Below are positions 58,397-64,000 of a stretch of 64,000 bases of DNA, one piece after another. Numbering within the stretch: the first letter of the stretch is position 1; every line of letters starts with the position of its first letter. The position numbers and the translations under genes are program-made. Under the pieces are notes generated by a model, which was given only the letters and a program-made list of their open reading frames with translations, made no database searches and was not told the origin of the DNA. Source of the DNA: a virus (lineage: Duplodnaviria; Heunggongvirae; Uroviricota; Caudoviricetes); IMG/VR virus record IMGVR_UViG_2651870364_000001, positions 1-64,000 of that record. The stretch is one strand, 5' to 3'.

Positions 58397-59290
58397 TTAT
58401 GCACCGAAGTGGAAGTTATTATCTGCAATAACCTTCTTAAGCATTGCAAGATAACGCCATCCTTCACCTGTATAAATATCCAACTTCGAATCTACGAATG
58501 CCATACCATCATCACCGTATAACTTATTCCCGTTATCATCGATGATGAATACATCATGAAACAAAATCATGTTCTGCAATGTATAGTAAGCACCAGATCC
58601 CTTGAAGGCAGCGACCCAATCGGAACACTTACTTGTCTTCCGAATCAGTTTAACATGAGGCTGATGATTGAAGTTATATACCAGGTTATGCAGCTCTCTG
58701 TATGAGTTGCATACTGTAACCCTTCGAAGCATGTTCTTAATCGGATTAAGCACTCGAGTCTTGACTTTATTAGATGGAACTCGACCAATACCGGAAACCC
58801 AAATATGATTACCACCCCTTGCCTTCAATTGAGCACATAAACTTGAAGTCTTATCCAGATAATCAGAAAACAAACTGAATACAACACCTTTTGTAAAGAA
58901 CGTTTGTCTTGCTCTAAAGCTTTCCGGATCTCTTGCTTCCATGTGCTTTAACACATTCAACTCATCCTCAAGCATACTGAACTGGTACATGTAACTGTAG
59001 TTCTTCTTCAGGTACTTGGAATAATCTCCACTGTTCAACATCTTAAACATCTGAGCCATCACCCAACGACGGTGAAGCTTGTTATTCTTGATATATCCGC
59101 TCTCAGCCACATCGCTAACATCTACACTGTCTCCTGTTGCAGCATTGACAACCGGATCGTTTAGATTATTGAAGTCAATAGTAATACTAGATCCTGCGTT
59201 CATTCCATTCGGAAGGTCGATTACGAATCGACTTGTATCAATTCCTGCTGCGTTTAATGCTTCTGCTCTGTTTATTCTGTTTGTTGCCAT
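58397..59290 (-). CDS. Hypothetical protein (297 aa) downstream of the RT operon
   Basis: An ORF with a reasonable RBS and no recognisable motif. Confidence 0.45.
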   Translation of the reverse strand: MATNRINRAEALNAAGIDTSRFVIDLPNGMNAGSSITIDFNNLNDPVVNAATGDSVDVSDVAESGYIKNNKLHRRWVMAQMFKMLNSGDYSKYLKKNYSYMYQFSMLEDELNVLKHMEARDPESFRARQTFFTKGVVFSLFSDYLDKTSSLCAQLKARGGNHIWVSGIGRVPSNKVKTRVLNPIKNMLRRVTVCNSYRELHNLVYNFNHQPHVKLIRKTSKCSDWVAAFKGSGAYYTLQNMILFHDVFIIDDNGNKLYGDDGMAFVDSKLDIYTGEGWRYLAMLKKVIADNNFHFGA

Positions 59291-59300
59291 AATTCTCTCC

Positions 59301-59801
59301 TTACTCGAACCAATCTTTTAACACAATTAATTCTGGATACTCCTGACTTTGCCAGAAGAACGAACCCCATTCAGGATTCCATTTTAATGTACCATTAAGT
59401 TTTGCACATAAAAACCAGACCTCCAATCTAGCCTTCGCTAATGATCTATCCTCTGCTAACATGAGCTTTTCATCGGGAATATCATCCATGCTTAATGCTT
59501 TGAAGTATCCCTTTCTTTTTCGCTCTTCTCTTGCAGATGGAAGTGAATATTTATACAGCGCAAATAATTTCTGCAACTCATCCAATGGATTATCGCAAGG
59601 TGTACTTAAGTCATATTCACTCTCTCCTTCCTTTATGATCTTTTTATCCCCCACACGAACTGTATTAGTTTTGAAATCAACGAAACATCTTTTCCCTTGC
59701 TGCACATTCCTTTGAACGTATTCTAATATATTCATTTTCTTTTTCCTTTTCTGTAGTACCTGGTGGATATTGCGTAGCGCTCTATTGCCTTGATGTATCA
59801 T
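59301..59801 (-). CDS. Hypothetical protein; the true start is probably the internal Met at ~59735 (about 144 aa)
   Basis: The first ATG abuts a large hairpin with no Shine-Dalgarno sequence. The second Met (MNILEY...) is preceded by AAAGGAAAAAG. Confidence 0.4.
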   Translation of the reverse strand: MIHQGNRALRNIHQVLQKRKKKMNILEYVQRNVQQGKRCFVDFKTNTVRVGDKKIIKEGESEYDLSTPCDNPLDELQKLFALYKYSLPSAREERKRKGYFKALSMDDIPDEKLMLAEDRSLAKARLEVWFLCAKLNGTLKWNPEWGSFFWQSQEYPELIVLKDWFE

Positions 59802-59880
59802 TCAGGACCCGAAATCCAAGACTGATCGGATGGAGGCTGATCTGCCTCACTGACTGATCAGTCTTGTCTCGGGTCCTGAA
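59801..59880 (-). ncRNA. Y-shaped structured element immediately downstream of the RT gene
   Basis: TTCAGGACCCGAAATCCAAGACTGATC...GATCAGTCTTGTCTCGGGTCCTGAA forms a 12-bp plus 10-bp interrupted stem around an inner GAGGC/GCCTC stem-loop. It lies in a ~195-nt noncoding gap. Confidence 0.4.
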
Positions 59881-59931
59881 TAGTACTGAATGAATCCGCA
59901 TAGTATCTACTGTTTACGCAAACATCATGAA

Positions 59932-61215
59932 TCACATGCTACGAACTATTGTGTCATAGGCATCACGACTGGTTCTTAACACATTCTGCATACACTTAAT
60001 CGTATAGTAACCATCTAGATTACCGATGATACTTCGATTAGTGGTCACATTTCTCCCCGTTCCTCTGCTGACTACCCCGAAGTCTCTACAGTCTTCATAA
60101 CCGATACCTCCAATCTTTCTTCTTTTCTGATCTCTTCCGCATGCTCTAATTGCATCCATAACAAATTTATCAAGCTCCAAAATATCATGATCGCAATTCA
60201 TTATCGGCAACACACTTGTTGCCCAAGAGAATCGACCATCTCCCCGATACATGTAATCATTAACTGCATTCAAGGCTTTCTGGACTGAAGTATGTTTTCT
60301 CTTGATAGTCCGACTCTCTATCTCTTTCTTAAAAGTCTTCAATCGTCCTTTACTCAAACTGATCATATCCCCTTTAATCGAGAACCCTAAGAACTTGAAC
60401 CAATGATTAGAATCAAGGTACTGCACTTTCTTAGGATTAAGTGTAAGACCCTTATCAGCAAGCAAAGCTGTCATAGCATCCATTGCAATATCATAATATT
60501 CTCCTACGTATAGACAATCATCAGAATATCTTACGTAGTACCCCGGTAGGTCAGACATAACATCATCTAGTTCGTATAAAACAGCATCAGCAAGAAACGC
60601 AGCTACAGCACATCCCTGCATTAAACTCATGTATTTCTTCTGTAAATGACCATCTACATCAAAGCAAAGATCCTGATGATAATATTCTCTGACAACATCT
60701 AAGATTACTGACTTTCCAACTCTTTGCTCGATCTTGTCAAATGTTGCGTCAATAAATTCAATTGGAACAGAATCAAAATACTTGCTTAAGTCAGACTTCC
60801 AGCCAATCGTTTTACCATGAGCTTCCCCTACAATATGAGCTACATCTTTTACAACTTGCCCACATCCGATTCCCTTTTGATAAGATTTGCACCGTTCATG
60901 AACCATATCAGAACAAAGCTCAAATAGCAGATTGCTTACAATTGATAAAAACAACCTATCTAATGACTCATTGATATATACTGTCCTAAATTCACCTGGC
61001 TTATCCTTCGGAATAAGTTGAGCATGTGGAGGAGCAATGGCATAATCTCCAGTTGCTACTCTTGCATAAAACGTAGCTCTTACCTTTGGGTCTGTTAACT
61101 GTAAGAGCAATGCTCGGTCGATGTCTTTATCGACACCAACCTGCAAAGCTTTCTCCCACGTTTCTTTCTTAAAACACAATTCCAACAAGCAATCCATATA
61201 ATTTTCACTCCTCAT
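59932..61215 (-). CDS. Reverse transcriptase (group-II-intron-like/RT0-7 plus thumb, no endonuclease domain; family unassigned)
   Basis: Has motif 1 (LIPKDKPGEFRTVYI), motif 2 (SDLSKYFDSV), motif 4 (MQGCAVAAFLADAVLYELD), the YxDD catalytic motif (YVRYSDDCLYV) and a motif 7-like segment (FKFLGFSI). Length 427 aa. Confidence 0.85.
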   Translation of the reverse strand: MRSENYMDCLLELCFKKETWEKALQVGVDKDIDRALLLQLTDPKVRATFYARVATGDYAIAPPHAQLIPKDKPGEFRTVYINESLDRLFLSIVSNLLFELCSDMVHERCKSYQKGIGCGQVVKDVAHIVGEAHGKTIGWKSDLSKYFDSVPIEFIDATFDKIEQRVGKSVILDVVREYYHQDLCFDVDGHLQKKYMSLMQGCAVAAFLADAVLYELDDVMSDLPGYYVRYSDDCLYVGEYYDIAMDAMTALLADKGLTLNPKKVQYLDSNHWFKFLGFSIKGDMISLSKGRLKTFKKEIESRTIKRKHTSVQKALNAVNDYMYRGDGRFSWATSVLPIMNCDHDILELDKFVMDAIRACGRDQKRRKIGGIGYEDCRDFGVVSRGTGRNVTTNRSIIGNLDGYYTIKCMQNVLRTSRDAYDTIVRSM

Positions 61216-62083
61216 TATATACTGAAACCGTTTTTGTGTTCATGTCATAAATATAAGGAACATCACTTAACTGTTCAGCTGGTACAACATCGCTATTATT
61301 AACCATTTTAATCATAGTTGCTAATTGCTTTGCTGAACCCATCTCCTTATCCGGAGATAAGACGATAATCTCATGAATTGAACTTGGTATAATTAACAAC
61401 TTAACATTTCCAATCCTATGGCAGATCTCATCCAGAACTTTTGGACTTGCAAGCATTCCAGCGCCATGTGTATTTCTCTTGTTTGATATTGCAAGCATTG
61501 TAGGACCAGCTGTTATTCCTAATAAATCCTTTCTAATGTCCATAACACTAATATCATTTAAAGAGTTTTCCTGTCCCTGTTTTAAGAGATCATCTACTGT
61601 CTTACCCCACATCTGTAAGTGCTGCTGGGTTACAACGAAAGAAGCAACTTTATCTCCTTCGTTTGAGACCATAACTCTAAAGTAAATAGCGAGATTTGCC
61701 AGCGGAACAAATGGGACACTTTCCTTAAAATCTGATGAAGTATTTTTACTTGCAGCACAAAGCGTGATCCTTGGTGCTACAACATTCCAGTGAGTTAACT
61801 GCTTCAAAATTTCGTCATCAACAGGAGGTTCTGTTGATAATGCTGCCACAGCTTTTGCTATACGTTCAATAAAGGCATCACGCGCATCTGAAACAGTATA
61901 TAATCCCTGACGATATTTTTCATAAATATCATCAACATAAACTGTCGGAGCTACCATTGAACCGTTCTGCCTTACGGTAACCCCTAATTTTTTCCCGGTT
62001 TCTTTTATGACTTCGTGAGTAGAAATCTCTAAATTTTCTGGTACATTGATTGATTTGATTAAGGATTCAATAAATGTTTTCAT
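61205..62083 (-). CDS. Hypothetical protein (292 aa) translationally coupled to the RT
   Basis: The 3' end overlaps the RT start by 11 nt. No recognisable motif. Confidence 0.45.
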   Translation of the reverse strand: MKTFIESLIKSINVPENLEISTHEVIKETGKKLGVTVRQNGSMVAPTVYVDDIYEKYRQGLYTVSDARDAFIERIAKAVAALSTEPPVDDEILKQLTHWNVVAPRITLCAASKNTSSDFKESVPFVPLANLAIYFRVMVSNEGDKVASFVVTQQHLQMWGKTVDDLLKQGQENSLNDISVMDIRKDLLGITAGPTMLAISNKRNTHGAGMLASPKVLDEICHRIGNVKLLIIPSSIHEIIVLSPDKEMGSAKQLATMIKMVNNSDVVPAEQLSDVPYIYDMNTKTVSVYNEE

Positions 62084-62135
62084 GTTTTTTCTTGTCCTTT
62101 CTTTATGCCTGACCTTCCGGTCGGATTATTGTTTT

Positions 62136-63347
62136 CTAAACTAATTCGAATAATGCAGTTTCAACCATATCCCAGCTGACTTCTGGGAAACGTATCATAA
62201 ATTTTCCAATAACAGACAACTTGCTTTCAGCTCTTAATGTTACTTCGTGATAGTATCCATTCTTATCACAGAAACCGAAGATACCTTCAACTTCAGTCTG
62301 TTCAAGATCTGACTTCAAAGCCATGTCTGAAATAGTAGCTGCGCAAGGTTCTTCTCCTTGTTTGTCGATATAACCATCGTAATCGTAATCATCATCCCAA
62401 GCATATCCGTATCCGTAGAGATAGCCGTTTTTTGTATATCCACCATATCTGTAAGTGTTTTCAATGTACTCGAACTGTTTTACGTCTTCTTCTGCAGATT
62501 TCTGAACCAGCTCTTTAACGACCTCAGCAGTATGCATCATTTCTTCATAAACAATTTCTTCATCGAAATGATGCTCATGATAATAACCGGAACTCAAATT
62601 AACGGAGCTGACTCCTGAAGCCTCAGAAAGATAACAGATATCAGAGCAAGATCCATACGCTTCCTTATATCCGGTTACTTCTTCAACGAAGGAGTGAAAA
62701 TCTTCATTTATATCTTCGTAAAAGACGCAATCACTGTTTCCACGTCTGTCTATCTCTACAATGAACTTCATCGAAGTCATTGCATCAGCCCATTTGCATT
62801 TACAAAACTTATTGGCTCCCACACATCCAATCTCTTCATCTTCGCAAAAGAGGATACTTGGACGCATCTCTGTATTTTTAACGATTTCAAGAATTGCCCA
62901 AATACCACAGCGATCATCACCACCAATTCCCTGAGGAGAAGCCAAAACATGTTTTCCATTTTCTTCTCTCTCGTAAAAATCTTTAATGACTTCTTTATGA
63001 ACCGTGTCCATATGAGCAACTAACATCACCGGATACTTTTCATCTCCCTGAATATAAAGATATCCATCACCATCATGAATATCTTTAGCTGGATAGTATC
63101 TTCGCATCTTGACTTTAAGCCACTTTTTAATCTGAGGCTGAGTCTTTTTTAGAAGCTTTACAAACTGCGGGAACGAAGTTTTATTTTTCGCTCCCTTAAA
63201 TTCATAATCTGGGTTACTATAGCCGGCTCGAACTCTGGTGGAAGTCTTATTAATGTAGTTACCAAATGAACTGTAATTATACAAAGAGCCGCCTGCATTC
63301 TTATTCCAAATATTACTTACTGTAGGTGTTGAAAAGTCTTTGCTCAT
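62136..63347 (-). CDS. M28/M20-family dinuclear zinc peptidase-like protein
   Basis: Metal-ligand pattern H (LVAHMDTVH), D (GIGGDDRCGIW), EE (CEDEEIGCVGA) and a later H (YYHEHH). Length 403 aa. Confidence 0.45.
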   Translation of the reverse strand: MSKDFSTPTVSNIWNKNAGGSLYNYSSFGNYINKTSTRVRAGYSNPDYEFKGAKNKTSFPQFVKLLKKTQPQIKKWLKVKMRRYYPAKDIHDGDGYLYIQGDEKYPVMLVAHMDTVHKEVIKDFYEREENGKHVLASPQGIGGDDRCGIWAILEIVKNTEMRPSILFCEDEEIGCVGANKFCKCKWADAMTSMKFIVEIDRRGNSDCVFYEDINEDFHSFVEEVTGYKEAYGSCSDICYLSEASGVSSVNLSSGYYHEHHFDEEIVYEEMMHTAEVVKELVQKSAEEDVKQFEYIENTYRYGGYTKNGYLYGYGYAWDDDYDYDGYIDKQGEEPCAATISDMALKSDLEQTEVEGIFGFCDKNGYYHEVTLRAESKLSVIGKFMIRFPEVSWDMVETALFELV

Positions 63348-63385
63348 TTAATTTTCCCTTCTAGTGCGTAAAACAAATAATTGTT

Positions 63386-63976
63386 TTACGCAACTTCTGC
63401 CTTTATCCATATGCCATTTTCCTGAAGAATGTATCCTTCATTTTCTGCATCTTCTTCATTGCAAAACAATGTACCATCTGACATAGTAATTACTTGATTA
63501 TCTTTAACCCAAACATCAGAGTAGTCAACATAAACATAATTGTCTAAAATCGCATTTTCCTCTGAAGAATACTTAGCGCCATCTTCTGTCTCAATCTCAG
63601 GATCACCGTAATACCATTCACCGTCCCAATTATCTCGATAACAGTATTCTTCTGTGTGCCATCTTCCGTCATTCACGCATGCATAAACTCCAGAACGTTC
63701 TGCGCAATCTTCGTCACAATAATATCGGTCATTATCTTCACAATGGATATAACAATCATCTTCTGCAATACCACCACCACAATGACTACAATATGCAATA
63801 TAATGTTTTCGACATTTTGGGCATTCAATGCCATTTGAATCATCGTGATATTCGCCGCAAGAGATACAGATTGGTGCGTGACCTACCGTAATTTTCTCGA
63901 AGTTTTTCTTGGCTTCTGGCTGTCCCAGATAACTTACATTACAATCGTCATAATTGAAGTAATCTGGGTAGTTCAT
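63386..63976 (-). CDS. Hypothetical Cys-rich protein, first gene of the RT operon
   Basis: Has multiple CxxC pairs (CISCGEY...CPKCRKHYIAYCSHCGG...CYIHCEDN). Length 196 aa. Confidence 0.4.
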   Translation of the reverse strand: MNYPDYFNYDDCNVSYLGQPEAKKNFEKITVGHAPICISCGEYHDDSNGIECPKCRKHYIAYCSHCGGGIAEDDCYIHCEDNDRYYCDEDCAERSGVYACVNDGRWHTEEYCYRDNWDGEWYYGDPEIETEDGAKYSSEENAILDNYVYVDYSDVWVKDNQVITMSDGTLFCNEEDAENEGYILQENGIWIKAEVA

Positions 63977-64000
63977 TGCACCTGTACCGTGTACAATTGC

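Noticed and set aside
59932-61215. RT as a mobile group II intron maturase
   Set aside because: The RT start overlaps a protein-coding gene (292 aa) by 11 nt rather than sitting in intron domain IV. No GUGYG 5' end or domain V-like sequence was recognised in the flanks. There is no endonuclease domain.
57709-61215. Classical retron (msr/msd upstream of RT)
   Set aside because: The RT has FLGF-type motif 7 instead of the retron VTG motif. The structured DNA lies downstream of the RT and is separated from it by two genes, not immediately upstream on the same strand.
59736-61215. Canonical diversity-generating retroelement with TR at 59736-59931
   Set aside because: Motif 4 is QGCAVAAF rather than the DGR I/LGxxxSQ. 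The candidate segment is a self-complementary hairpin and is not AAC-rich. No matching VR was seen in this window. A remote VR outside the window cannot be excluded.

Overview
The window looks like part of a large low-GC (Firmicutes/Clostridia-type) phage or phage-plasmid. All calls below rest on motif recognition by eye; no database search was possible.

- Positions 1-10396 (+ strand): a plasmid-like module, with an iteron array and a Rep_3-type initiator, a complete Type I restriction-modification operon (hsdM-hsdS-hsdR), membrane and secreted proteins, and a frameshifted ImmA/IrrE-like metalloprotease.
- Positions 10430-41553 (- strand): a long, tightly packed block of phage early, replication and nucleotide-metabolism genes. 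These include a MazG-like pyrophosphatase, an SPFH/band-7 protein, dUTPase, an RNA-ligase-like enzyme, anaerobic ribonucleotide reductase NrdD/NrdG, guanylate kinase, a divergent ThyX, NAD-dependent ligase LigA, an HPr/Crh-like protein, a RecD2-like helicase, a Cas4-like nuclease, primase, a DnaB-like helicase and a Sak4-like ATPase. DNA polymerase III alpha (DnaE) is encoded in two pieces, interrupted by a LAGLIDADG homing-endonuclease gene.
- Positions 41611-42732: five tRNA genes (Lys, Ile, Glu, Gln, Glu).
- Positions 42912-48695: an accessory cluster containing a DGQHR/DndB-like protein and a tyrosine integrase.
- Positions 52700-55102: an IS200/IS605-family TnpB-only insertion with a degenerate zinc finger, next to an ArdC-like antirestriction gene.
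- Positions 57700-63976: the most unusual region. A four-gene operon (Cys-rich protein, M28/M20-like peptidase, unknown 292-aa protein, 427-aa reverse transcriptase with no endonuclease domain) is followed by a structured element of about 195 nt, two further genes, and a GC-rich noncoding stretch of about 690 bp full of long inverted repeats. I rate this the most likely place for a previously undescribed system.
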